Shown: positions 1 to 9,702 of the stretch, one piece after another
Layout of the letters: each line of letters opens with the position of its first letter
How positions within the stretch are numbered: the stretch's first letter is position 1
Source of the DNA: an uncultured cyanobacterium
Lineage (GTDB): Bacteria; Cyanobacteriota; Cyanobacteriia; Cyanobacteriales; Nostocaceae
Assembly (NCBI GenBank): GCA_963740315.1
Contig: CAVUDP010000002.1
Location: 1,952,001-2,016,000 of the forward strand
DNA: 64,000 nt
Direction of reading: 5' to 3'
Notes under the pieces: model-generated
What the model saw: only the letters and a program-made list of their open reading frames with translations
Database searches by the model: none
What the model was told of the DNA's origin: nothing
Made by a program: the position numbers and the translations under genes

Positions 1-1318
1 TTTTTGTTAATCTTTCGATTTTATCGGTGTCGATTTGATAATTTATTGGCGTAGTATACCATTTTGAACCTTGTTTGGTTACGGGTGCGGGAGACTCCAG
101 AGATAGTAATTTCAAAACTTTATTAATTTGTCCTCTGGAAAGATTAAGCTGTTGCTCCAACTGAGGAATAGAATAGCCATCTTTAGCTACTTCGAGAACA
201 TTTAAAACTTGTTGGGTATGAGCTTCTGGAGGAAAAGCTGTATTTATAAAATAGTTGGTAATTTCATCATCTTCCTCACCGTTTAAAAGAATTCCGTAGG
301 CTTTTTCAACGGCTCTACCCGCTCTACCCACTTGTTGATAATAGTGGACAACAGAACCCGGACGTTGATAATGAATTACAAATCCTAAATCTGGTTTATC
401 AAAACCCATTCCTAAAGCAGTAGTTGCAACTAAAGCTTTAATTTCGTTTTTTAAAAGTTGTTCTTCTAATAGTTCGCGAATATTGCTTTCCAAATCGCTA
501 TGATATGAAGCAGCATTTATTCCTTGAGTTACCAACCAATCGGCAACACGCTGAGAATCTCTTACAGTTAAAGTGTAAATAATTCCGCTTCCATGTAAAT
601 TAGGCAGTTGTTCTGCTAACCATGCCATTCGGGCTGCGGGTGATGGTATTTTAATATTTTGCAGATGCAAACTTTGTCTAGTTAAAGCACCTCTCGACAC
701 TTTTAACTTTGAACCTAATTGAGCAATAATATCATCCACTACCCGATTATTTGCCGTAGCAGTAGTCGCTAAAGCTGGAATATTTTGAGGAAGCGCTTGT
801 AATACTCTGACAATCCGCTTGTAATCGGGACGAAAATCATGTCCCCAATCAGAAATACAGTGGGCTTCATCAACTACAAATAAACCGATTTTTTTAGATA
901 ACGGTAACAGTATTTTTTCTCTAAATTCATCATTAGCTAATCTTTCCGGAGAAATCAGCAGAATATCTACTTCATCTGCAAGTAACTGTGTTTTTACAAC
1001 TTCCCAATCATCTATATTGCTAGAGTTAATCGTAACAGCTTTAACACCTATCCTTGCTGCTGCCGTAATTTGGTTTCGCATCAAAGCTAATAATGGCGAA
1101 ATCAAAAGCGTACAGCCAGCACCTTTATCTCGTAACAAACGAGTAGCTAAAAAATATACCAGACTTTTGCCCCAACCAGTACGTTGAACCACAAGTAAAC
1201 GCGATCGCCTTAATAATTCCTCAATAGCTTCCCATTGTCCGCAGCGAAAGTCAGCTTTTGGGTTCTCAAGTGCCTGACGTAGAAGTAATAAAGCTTTATC
1301 TTTAATTTGCGTTGTCAT
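1..1318 (-). CDS. RecQ-family ATP-dependent DNA helicase (5' part; runs off the window)
   Basis: Manual translation from ATG at 1318: MTTQIKDKALLLLRQ...VVQRTGWGKS (Walker A), ISPLLALMRNQ, VVDEAHCISDWGHDFRPDY (DEAH), ATTATA, ATTALGMGFDKPD, YYQQVGRAGR. Absent from the ORF track because it has no stop in the window. Confidence 0.92.
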   Translation of the reverse strand, partial: MTTQIKDKALLLLRQALENPKADFRCGQWEAIEELLRRSRLLVVQRTGWGKSLVYFLATRLLRDKGAGCTLLISPLLALMRNQITAAARIGVKAVTINSSNIDDWEVVKTQLLADEVDILLISPERLANDEFREKILLPLSKKIGLFVVDEAHCISDWGHDFRPDYKRIVRVLQALPQNIPALATTATANNRVVDDIIAQLGSKLKVSRGALTRQSLHLQNIKIPSPAARMAWLAEQLPNLHGSGIIYTLTVRDSQRVADWLVTQGINAASYHSDLESNIRELLEEQLLKNEIKALVATTALGMGFDKPDLGFVIHYQRPGSVVHYYQQVGRAGRAVEKAYGILLNGEEDDEITNYFINTAFPPEAHTQQVLNVLEVAKDGYSIPQLEQQLNLSRGQINKVLKLLSLESPAPVTKQGSKWYTTPINYQIDTDKIERLTK

Positions 1319-1530
1319 AGATGCTTAGTTTAAAATTGTTTTTTCTTTTTTAGCACTTAAAGAAATCAACTAAGCAAAAATATGTAAAAGATAGTATAAA
1401 TATTTGCGATTGTTGACGGCGATTGAAATCACGGCTACACAAGCGAAACCCACCTGCGTGGGTTAAATAAAGCCGAGATTGATGCTATTGATGTTAATTA
1501 ATATTTTTAAAAAATAATTTATTAATAATG

Positions 1531-1585
1531 GTAGTGCAAGCTTCTGCTCGCTGTATGTCTCAAGCGAGCAAGATGCTCGCACTAG
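1531..1585. repeat. REP-like palindromic element gtagtgc...gcgagcaagatgctcgcacta
   Basis: Imperfect inverted repeat sharing its sequence with the termini and unit of the 15786-16049 array. Confidence 0.6.
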
Positions 1586-1664
1586 TACAGAGTCAACGTA
1601 AGTCAAGTACCCATATAATAACCGGACTTAAGAACCACAAGAAGACACGGCTCGGCTCCGGTAT

Positions 1665-1730
1665 AGAAGTCGGGTTTTTATCAAAGAAGGTAAATGTATT
1701 ACAGATACGTATTCTAAAAACCCGACTTCT
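1665..1730. repeat. Inverted repeat agaagtcgggttttta...taaaaacccgacttct
   Basis: About 16-bp arms seen directly in the sequence; REP/MITE-like. Confidence 0.6.
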
Positions 1731-2044
1731 GAGCATTAAAATTAGGGGTGCGCTATTTAAGCCGTGTGGCACTACCTAATATTTATTAGATATTTCTTAA
1801 TTTGGAAATCCTTAAAAACTTACACATACTTAATTATTCCTGATAACTAACACTATTACCCATCATCCCTCTATAACCTCTTCCCTCAGCGCCCTCCGCG
1901 TCTAGTAAGGTTTTTTATACCTAACTTCCTCAAACATTTCATAATGTTGCAAAAACTGCACGTCTAAGAATTTGTAACAAATAATAGTAGTAAATCTAAA
2001 TACTTTTTACTATCTATTAATTATAGAATTCGGGAGATAAATTT

Positions 2045-2650
2045 ATGACAGACGCTAATCAATCAACGCCCATACAAACCCTTACCGCTAGCGAAGGCGT
2101 TCTCACCACTAACAGTAATACTATCAATACAGTTAACATTCGTTCGGGACCTTCGCTGAATCGTCGCGTCATTCACCAAGGAAAAGAAGGAGACAAAGTA
2201 AAAATTCTCGATCAAACCAAACCTGCTGGCGATACCCATGCTTGGTATAAAGTTAAATTTGGTTCGCAACCTGATGATATTGGCTGGGTGCGCGAAGATG
2301 TGATTGATTTGACTTACACAAATCCTTCTTCTGCTTCAACTCAACTGCTTTTTGCTACCAACAGCAGAACAGTAAGAATTTATGCCGAAGAAAAGCAGAT
2401 TTATATGAACGTTTACGATAACCGCGCCGAAAAGACAGAATTATATGCTGTCGAAGCTGCAAGATTGCCAAAACTTGATGATGAAAGTAAGTTTAAAAGC
2501 TACGTTGCCATCAAAGATAATACTGCTTACTACGTCAGGTTTATTCCCTTCGGTGAAGTAGATTTTATTGTTAATAATGCCAACAACGGTAATATTATCC
2601 TCAAAGAAAAAGGTTTCCGTGCTAGCGGTAGCGAATATCAGAAACAGTGA
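2045..2650 (+). CDS. SH3b (bacterial SH3) domain protein
   Basis: VNIRSGPS...G.KVKIL...WYKVKF...GWVREDVI is the SH3b signature; GGAGA RBS upstream. Confidence 0.8.
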   Translation: MTDANQSTPIQTLTASEGVLTTNSNTINTVNIRSGPSLNRRVIHQGKEGDKVKILDQTKPAGDTHAWYKVKFGSQPDDIGWVREDVIDLTYTNPSSASTQLLFATNSRTVRIYAEEKQIYMNVYDNRAEKTELYAVEAARLPKLDDESKFKSYVAIKDNTAYYVRFIPFGEVDFIVNNANNGNIILKEKGFRASGSEYQKQ

Positions 2651-2866
2651 ACAGTTATCAGTGAACAGTGAACAGTGAGTAGTTAACAGTTATTAATTAT
2701 TAATCATGCGGTAGCATCATTATTATTACAATTAACCGTTACTTTATGATGCTCAAGACTTTAATTTACCTTTCAGAATTTATTAAAGCATCAAATACCT
2801 TGCAATTTTAATGTGTGAGTTGCATAAGTTCTCACTGCTCACTGTTGACTGCTCACTGTTAACTGA

Positions 2867-4156
2867 TTAAGGATATAAACCGCGATCGCCTAATGCTTGC
2901 GCTACTCTTCCTACACCTAATACGTAAGCTGCTAATCTAGGAGAAATATTTCGCGTTTGGGATTCTCGCATAACTTTGCGATATGCTTGCACCATCAAGT
3001 TTTCCATTTCACCGTTGACTTTTTCTTCATCCCAAAATAAGTAGGAAAGTCCCTGTACCCATTCCAGATAACTAACCACAACTCCGCCAGCGTTACTTAA
3101 AATATCTGGTAGTACCGTCACACCCCGCGCTTCTAATGATAAGTTAGCTTCTAGCGTAACCGGGCCATTTGCGGCTTCGGCGATTATATTAGCTTGGATT
3201 TGATTAACGTTTTCTTGTGTAATTTGATTTTCTAAGGCTGCGGGAATCAATACGTCGCAAGGTAATGTTAATAACTCTGCATTGCTAATTGGTTTGGCTT
3301 GTGAAAATCCCGAAATCTTTCGATTGTTCTCTTTTGCATAAGCTTTCAATTCCGGAATATCTAAACCATTCTCCGCGAAAATACCGCCGGAACCCGTAGA
3401 GACGGCAATAATTTTTGCACCAGCTTGATGCAGCAATTCAGCCGCAGCACCACCGACGTTACCAAAACCTTGAATCGCAATTCGCGTACCTGCTAAAGAT
3501 TTACCTTTATCTGCTAAGGCTTCACGGACAATAATCATTACACCGCGTCCGGTTGCCATTTCTCTTCCTAACGAACCACCTATCGAAAGCGGTTTCCCGG
3601 TGACAACTCCCGGCACTGCATGACCGATATTTACCGAATAAGTATCCATCATCCAAGCCATTTCGCGGGCTGATGTACCCATGTCTGGCGCGGGTATATC
3701 TACTGACGGCCCGATGTCTTTAATTAACTCGCTAATATAGCGTCGGGAAATACGTTCTAATTCATTGACACTGTAATTTTTAGGGTTTATCGCGATACCA
3801 CCTTTAGCACCACCGTAGGGAATACCCAACAACGCACATTTCCAAGTCATCAGCATTGCTAACGCCGAAACTTCCCGCAGTGTAACGGCTGGATGGAAAC
3901 GAATACCGCCTTTGTGAGGCCCTAAAACGTTGCAGTGTTGGACTCGATGTCCTGCTAAAATCTGTATTTCACCACTATCTCGTTTTATGGGAATGGAAAC
4001 CGTAATTACCTTACGCGGGTTACTGAGTATTTCTGATATACCTTGTTCTAACTTTAATTCTTTCGCCGCCGCGTCTAAATAGCTACAGGCTTGATCGAAA
4101 GGGCAAATGTACGCGGGAGAAGGATTTTCTGGCGCAAGTAGGGATGTTTTATCCAT
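2867..4156 (-). CDS. gdhA: Glutamate dehydrogenase (Glu/Leu/Phe/Val dehydrogenase family)
   Basis: GPHKGGIRF, MTWKCA, GGAKGG, DIPAPDMGT, IQGFGNVG, EAANGP, NAGGVVVSYLEW. Confidence 0.93.
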   Translation of the reverse strand: MDKTSLLAPENPSPAYICPFDQACSYLDAAAKELKLEQGISEILSNPRKVITVSIPIKRDSGEIQILAGHRVQHCNVLGPHKGGIRFHPAVTLREVSALAMLMTWKCALLGIPYGGAKGGIAINPKNYSVNELERISRRYISELIKDIGPSVDIPAPDMGTSAREMAWMMDTYSVNIGHAVPGVVTGKPLSIGGSLGREMATGRGVMIIVREALADKGKSLAGTRIAIQGFGNVGGAAAELLHQAGAKIIAVSTGSGGIFAENGLDIPELKAYAKENNRKISGFSQAKPISNAELLTLPCDVLIPAALENQITQENVNQIQANIIAEAANGPVTLEANLSLEARGVTVLPDILSNAGGVVVSYLEWVQGLSYLFWDEEKVNGEMENLMVQAYRKVMRESQTRNISPRLAAYVLGVGRVAQALGDRGLYP

Positions 4157-4200
4157 ATAATGTAAAAATTAAAATATGTTCTGAGAGATGTTTTCGAGTA

Positions 4201-4312
4201 AATAAACCACATTTTTGACCTCTCTCCAAACCTCTCTTCTGCAAGGAGAGAGGCTTTGATATTCCCCCTTACCTGCTCCGGGAAGGGGGTTAGGGGGTTA
4301 GGTTTTCGAGAT
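4201..4312. repeat. Dispersed REP-like element (inverted copy at 10688-10878)
   Basis: aataaaccacatttttgacctctctcc...gggggttagggggttaggttttcgagat; the reverse complement matches both ends of 10688-10878. Confidence 0.75.
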
Positions 4313-4353
4313 GTTCTTACCGTAACTTGATTTTTAATAATTTCCGATAATTT

Positions 4354-4369
4354 TGTAAATTTCGTTACA
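4354..4369. promoter_or_regulatory. Candidate NtcA binding site
   Basis: TGTAaatttcgtTACA = TGTA-N8-TACA, between divergent gdhA and the P450 gene. Confidence 0.45.
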
Positions 4370-4435
4370 TTTTTTGTTTCACAATAGTTATTTAAGATAA
4401 CTCCGAACAATCCAAAATCCAAAATCCAAAATCCA

Positions 4436-5767
4436 ATGACAACCACTAATCCCAAAAAACTTCCTTTACCTCCCGGTAACTTTGGTTTACCTGTAATTGG
4501 TGAAACCATCAGCTTTATACGGGATTCAGATTTTACAGAAAAACGATATCAAAAATACGGTTCTATCTTTAAAACCCATATTTTTACAAATCCCACCATA
4601 GTAATGATTGGTGCGGAAGCTAACCGTTTTGTGTTTACAAATGATAATAAATATTTTTCTGGGCAATGGCCTGCTAGTACTAAGATTTTATTAGGTCCTG
4701 GCTCATTATCCATACAAATGGGCAGTATCCATCAAAAGCGACGTAAAATTCTATCACAAGCTTTTCAACCAAGAGCTTTGGCAGAATATACTACTGCAAT
4801 GGAGGAAATTCTCCGCAGTTATTTTAATAAATGGGAAAAAATGGGTACTTTGACTTGGTACCCAGAAATTAGAAAATATACTTTTGACGTTGCTTGTAAA
4901 TTACTTGTAGGAACGGATGCAGCTAGCGATAGTAATTTTGTCGAACTTTTTGAAGAGTTGGTGAGAGGTTTGTTTACCATTCCTCTGCGTTTACCCTGGA
5001 CTAATTTTAGTAAAGCATTACGCAGTCGCAAATTGTTAGTCAAGCAGATTGAAGAAATAGTATTACAGCGTCAACAACAACCCGCTTCTAATAAAGATGC
5101 TCTAGGAATATTATTACAAGCCACAGATGATGATGGTAATAAACTTAGTGTAGAAGAAATTAAAGACCAAATATTAACTTTACTATTTGCTGGGCATGAA
5201 ACATTAACATCGGCGATCGCATCGATGTGTCTCTTACTAGCACAGCATCCCGAAGTTCTGGCAAAGGTACGCGACGAACAGCAGCAATTGGGATTATCTC
5301 AACTAACTACAGAAAATCTCAAGCAAATGACTTATTTAGACCAAGTTATTAAAGAAGTCTTGCGTTTAATTCCTCCCGTTGGTGGTGGTTTTCGACAGGT
5401 AATCGAACCTTGTGAATTTAACGGTTACTTTATCCCTCAAGGTTGGTCTGTACTATATAATGTGCCTAAAACAAATCAAGATAGCGGTGTATATACTGAG
5501 CCATCGAAGTTCGATCCAGAACGTTTTGCACCATCTAGGGCTGAGGATAAATCGAAACCCTTTGCACACGTAACATTTGGCGGCGGTATGCGCGAATGTA
5601 TCGGTAAGGAGTTCGCTAAGTTAGAAATGAAGCTTTTTGCAGCGCTTTTAGTTCGGGAATATGAATGGGAACTTTTACCACAAGATTTAACTATAATACC
5701 AGCGCCTACAGCTTATCCCAAGGATAAGTTAAAAGTTAGATTTAGAAACGTAACATCAGAAACGTAA
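4436..5767 (+). CDS. Cytochrome P450 (CYP120-like)
   Basis: LPPG N-terminus, LLFAGHET I-helix, EVLR (ExxR), PERF, FGGGMRECIG heme-binding Cys. Confidence 0.95.
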   Translation: MTTTNPKKLPLPPGNFGLPVIGETISFIRDSDFTEKRYQKYGSIFKTHIFTNPTIVMIGAEANRFVFTNDNKYFSGQWPASTKILLGPGSLSIQMGSIHQKRRKILSQAFQPRALAEYTTAMEEILRSYFNKWEKMGTLTWYPEIRKYTFDVACKLLVGTDAASDSNFVELFEELVRGLFTIPLRLPWTNFSKALRSRKLLVKQIEEIVLQRQQQPASNKDALGILLQATDDDGNKLSVEEIKDQILTLLFAGHETLTSAIASMCLLLAQHPEVLAKVRDEQQQLGLSQLTTENLKQMTYLDQVIKEVLRLIPPVGGGFRQVIEPCEFNGYFIPQGWSVLYNVPKTNQDSGVYTEPSKFDPERFAPSRAEDKSKPFAHVTFGGGMRECIGKEFAKLEMKLFAALLVREYEWELLPQDLTIIPAPTAYPKDKLKVRFRNVTSET

Positions 5768-5812
5768 AATTAAGAGACGTAAAATTTTACGTCTCTACAT
5801 TCATTTATTTAG

Positions 5813-7129
5813 TTATTTGTTCAAATGATTTTGCATTGATGATATCAGTTCTTGCGCTCTTGCATAGGATGTTGTTCCCGACTGTACGGTTTTCAATTTA
5901 TTGATAATTGTCTGTAATTTGGCTTTGTATTGGTTAACTTCAGATGGAGGATAAGCAATAAAGTTTTCGATTTGTGTTTCTGCGCGATCGAGAATTCTTT
6001 GCGATTCTTTTTCTGCTTGCAGTCGGGTTTGGATAATTCCTTGATTCTTTTGATATTGCGCTAATAGTTTCTGTGCTTCGAGATAATTGGGATTGGTAAC
6101 TTCGATATTTTGCAATCGCTTGATTGATTGTAACCATAGTTTTTCAACTTGCTCCCATTTATAAGCTGGATGGGGTGGATTTTGCGATGCTTGTGCTGCT
6201 TGCATGGCGAATACTTTCGCTGCTTCAATTAAATTACCTGAAATCCCGCTTTTTCCATCATCAGCAATCATCTTTCCTAAAATGGGTTTATAAACTGCAA
6301 TTATGGTAAGAGCCTTTTTACCAGCCAAGGTTTCTCTAGGGATTTGCTCTAAAGCGATCGCAGCAGTTTGTATCTTTGCTAAAGCCTTTTCTTTTTCAAT
6401 AGGATTCTTAGTTTGTTGATATTGTTCTTTAGCTACTTTTAAAGTTTCTTCTGCTTGATTTAGCGATTTAAAAGCATTCTTTTCTTGAAAAACTTTGGCA
6501 TCCATCCGCGCAACTCGACGACGTGCTGTTTCAAATTCATCAAAAGTAAATTTCCAACTACAACTGAATAAACCGCAATAAGTTTGAGGATAATAACCTA
6601 GAAACCAAACGGGTAAATTATCTAGATTACTTTGTGCTTGTTTAACTTTGTCTCCACCTCTCTTAATATCTTCTAAACTGGTAGCTTTATTTACCAATTG
6701 GTCGGCTTGTTCTGTAGCATTTATTGCACCGCGATAACTATTATCCATACTGATGTAAGAAGGTAAAAGTAGTAACGGTGCTTTTTGGGCTACAGGTTTG
6801 CGAATCATCGGGAATGGTAAATTAACTAACCATATCGCACCAGAAAAACCAATTAAGAATATTGCCACCCATTTCAGATTGCTGAAAATTCCTGGTGGTT
6901 GATTAGCTCGTGCGGCTTGTTTTAATGCTTTTTCGCTAAAGTCTGGAAATACATCTACAACTAATAAGAGTAATTCCTCAAAAGTTACCGGAGAGCCTTT
7001 TTCTCTGCGGAGTTTTTCAAAACGCTTGGTGACAATTACCCTTTCCGTTCTACCAATATCATCATTAGAACCACAATTAAGCAATTCCAATCGCAAAATT
7101 TTATAAGCGGAATCATTAAGACGATACAT
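5813..7129 (-). CDS. Conserved hypothetical single-pass membrane protein with helical/coiled-coil C-terminus
   Basis: 438-aa ORF with one hydrophobic segment; paralogous to 7209-8090. Confidence 0.75.
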   Translation of the reverse strand: MYRLNDSAYKILRLELLNCGSNDDIGRTERVIVTKRFEKLRREKGSPVTFEELLLLVVDVFPDFSEKALKQAARANQPPGIFSNLKWVAIFLIGFSGAIWLVNLPFPMIRKPVAQKAPLLLLPSYISMDNSYRGAINATEQADQLVNKATSLEDIKRGGDKVKQAQSNLDNLPVWFLGYYPQTYCGLFSCSWKFTFDEFETARRRVARMDAKVFQEKNAFKSLNQAEETLKVAKEQYQQTKNPIEKEKALAKIQTAAIALEQIPRETLAGKKALTIIAVYKPILGKMIADDGKSGISGNLIEAAKVFAMQAAQASQNPPHPAYKWEQVEKLWLQSIKRLQNIEVTNPNYLEAQKLLAQYQKNQGIIQTRLQAEKESQRILDRAETQIENFIAYPPSEVNQYKAKLQTIINKLKTVQSGTTSYARAQELISSMQNHLNK

Positions 7130-7208
7130 TATTTTACACCTGTTTTATACCTGATTTTAAAAGTTTTTGAATGCGAACAAATCTACCTGGAAATCAAAAA
7201 TTTCCAGA

Positions 7209-8090
7209 TTAAGGCTTTTTATTTTGAGCAATTTTGTTGTAATAAAGCTTATATGCTTTTAATTTTGCATCTGCTTTTTTACCTGCTAATGTTTCTGGAG
7301 GAATTTGCTCAATAGTTTTAATCGCCGTTTCAATCGAAGCAATAGCTAGCTCTTGCTGTTTCTGAGTTTTTGCTATATTTAATCTTTGTTTAGCAGCGCT
7401 ATAAACTTGTTCTGATTCAACCAAACTTACGAAAGCATTCTTTTGTACAAATAATTTTGTTTCAACTTTCGTTGTTTGACTGCGGACTTTTTGAAACTCG
7501 TTAAAACTGTAATCCCAACTACAGCGAAATCTTGCACAATAAACTTCCGGATAGTATCCTAAAAACCAAACCGGAATGCTACGCAGATGTTGTTCGGCTT
7601 CTTGTGTTTTCTGCTCAACTTGCTTAATTTCGGTCAAACTATCAGCAGATTCGAGCAATGTTTCTGCTTTTTGAACGGAATTTTTTGCACCCCAATAGTG
7701 AAAATTCATTTTCATATAAGAAGGTACAAGTAATATTGGTGCTGTTCTCGCAACCGACCAGCGAATATTAGGATAGGGTAAATTGAGTATTGTCACTATC
7801 CCAGCAGCAGTTGCTAAAGCTATCCCTAAATATTTATATTTACGAAAAATACTTGGTTTTCGATTAACTTTAGCAGCTTCCTTAAGAACCGTTTCATTAA
7901 AAATAGGAAATACATCTACAATCGCATTCCGTAACTCGTTCAAAGTTGCACGTTTACCAGATTTTAACTGTAGTTGTTCCAAACGTTTAATTACAATTTG
8001 CTGTTTTTGATTTGCTTTTTTATCACCTTTGCTACATATTTCAATCTCAGCACGTAAGATTTCAAATGCTTTGTTATGAAGACGGTACAT
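7209..8090 (-). CDS. Hypothetical membrane protein, shorter paralog of 5813-7129
   Basis: Shared MYRL..AY/F.ILR.E, NLP.P.IR..VA..AP.LL.PSY and PVWFLGYYP..YC..F.CSW motifs. Confidence 0.75.
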   Translation of the reverse strand: MYRLHNKAFEILRAEIEICSKGDKKANQKQQIVIKRLEQLQLKSGKRATLNELRNAIVDVFPIFNETVLKEAAKVNRKPSIFRKYKYLGIALATAAGIVTILNLPYPNIRWSVARTAPILLVPSYMKMNFHYWGAKNSVQKAETLLESADSLTEIKQVEQKTQEAEQHLRSIPVWFLGYYPEVYCARFRCSWDYSFNEFQKVRSQTTKVETKLFVQKNAFVSLVESEQVYSAAKQRLNIAKTQKQQELAIASIETAIKTIEQIPPETLAGKKADAKLKAYKLYYNKIAQNKKP

Positions 8091-8160
8091 CTAAACACCC
8101 TGTAACTCTTACTCTTACTATTCCCATCTACAAGAGAAAAATCACACGTATGTTTTTTTT

Positions 8161-8330
8161 GAGGGGGAGATGGGGAGATGGGGAGATGGGGAGAGGGGGA
8201 GATGGTAAGCCCAAAACGTGCGGAGGAACACGACCAGAGAAGTGGCGCAACCCGTTACTCTAACGAGTCGTGCCGCGCTGAACACGCGGAGCGTGCGGCG
8301 AGCGGGGGAGATGGGGAGACAAGGGGACAA
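8161..8330. repeat. GGGAGATG octamer tract carrying a GC-rich ~90-bp insert (second copy at 57947-58036)
   Basis: cgtgcggaggaacacgacc...aacccgttactctaacgagtcgtgccgcgctgaacacgcggagcgtgcggcgagc is present at both loci. Confidence 0.85.
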
Positions 8331-8479
8331 GGCGATCGCTGGTAACTGCTCACTGCTCACTGCTCACTGTTAACTGTTAACTGGTAACTGTTCCCTGTTA
8401 TATGACTTTGGATAGTTAAAACTGAGTGCCAAATATTGTTAGCATCTATTAGATAGTTAAAAAATTATTATTATTAAAA

Positions 8480-9256
8480 ATGCCTACAGCTTTGATTACT
8501 GGTGCTTCCGGTGGTATTGGTGAATGCTTTGCCCGAAAACTTGCCTCATTAAATACAAATCTGATTATTGTTGCACGCTCGGAAGATAAGCTTAATGCTC
8601 TTGCTCAACAGTTACAGCAGCAACATAATATTCAAGTTGATGTAATTGTTAAAGATTTAACCGAACCATCGGCGGCGCAGGAAGTGTTCGATGCTACCCA
8701 AAGCAAAGGATTGACAGTAGATTTACTAATAAACAACGCTGGCTTTGGAGACTATGGAGAATTTGCTCAAACCGATGGCGATCGCCAAATCCAAATGATC
8801 CAGTTAAATAATATTGCGGTAGTAGCTTTAACTCACAAGTATTTACCACAAATGCGCGAAAGGGGTTCGGGAAGCATCATCAACGTATCGTCAATTGCAG
8901 CATTCCAACCAATCCCATATCTTTCAGTTTATGCAGCTACTAAAGCTTTTATTCGCAGTTTCAGTGAGGCATTATGGGCAGAAAACCGTCAATATGGGGT
9001 AAAGATTTTAGTAGTTTCTCCAGGCCCAACAGAAACTAATTTTTACACTGAAGCTAACTTCCCTCCCGCACTCGCACGCACCGCCAAAAGTATGTCTACC
9101 TCCGAAGAAGTAGTTGATCAAGCCTTAAAAGCTTTAGAACAAGGAAACGTTGGTGTAGTAGTTGGCGGTATTGCATCTAAGTTTATCACCACCTTATCTA
9201 ATATAGTTCCTAGAGAAACTCTGCTGAATGTATTAGAGAAACAGTTTAAGGGTTAG
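8480..9256 (+). CDS. Short-chain dehydrogenase/reductase (SDR)
   Basis: TGASGGIG, LINNAGFG, YAATK (YxxxK). Confidence 0.93.
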   Translation: MPTALITGASGGIGECFARKLASLNTNLIIVARSEDKLNALAQQLQQQHNIQVDVIVKDLTEPSAAQEVFDATQSKGLTVDLLINNAGFGDYGEFAQTDGDRQIQMIQLNNIAVVALTHKYLPQMRERGSGSIINVSSIAAFQPIPYLSVYAATKAFIRSFSEALWAENRQYGVKILVVSPGPTETNFYTEANFPPALARTAKSMSTSEEVVDQALKALEQGNVGVVVGGIASKFITTLSNIVPRETLLNVLEKQFKG

Positions 9257-9288
9257 ATGAGGTCAAAAGTTAAAGGTCAAAGGTCAAA

Positions 9289-9702
9289 GTTGTAGGTTGG
9301 GTTAGACACGAAAACAATATTTAATAGTAACGAGAATATTTATTCATCGTGTCGTAACCCAACATTAGTTACACAAAATAATCAAGGTTCGTAGTAAGGG
9401 CTTCAGCCCTCAAATCAAGGAACCAATGCCCTTACTACAAACCTAAATAATTCACAATGGAACATCATTCAGAAGTTGCTGAGTAGAATTGATCGGTTGT
9501 AGGTTGGGTTAGACAAGAAAGCGATATTTAATAGTAACGAGAATATTTATTCATCGTGTCGTAACCCAACACTAGTTACACAAAATAATCAAGGTTCGTA
9601 GTAAGGGCATTGGTTCCCTTAATTAGAGGACTGAAGTCCCTACTACGAACCTAAAAAATTCACAATGGAGCATCATTAAGAAGTTGCTGGGTAGAATTAA
9701 TC
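9289..9702. repeat. ~207-bp tandem duplication of two REP-like palindromes plus the 3' end of the patatin gene
   Basis: 9289-9495 is nearly identical to 9496-9702; units contain gtaggttgggttagac...gtcgtaacccaaca and aggttcgtagtaaggg...tactac.aacct. Confidence 0.9.

Noticed and set aside
1528..1779. 83-aa ORF
   Set aside because: Composed of REP-like palindromes; no protein-like features.
4075..4509. 144-aa minus-strand ORF
   Set aside because: Overlaps both gdhA and the P450 gene and crosses a repeat element.
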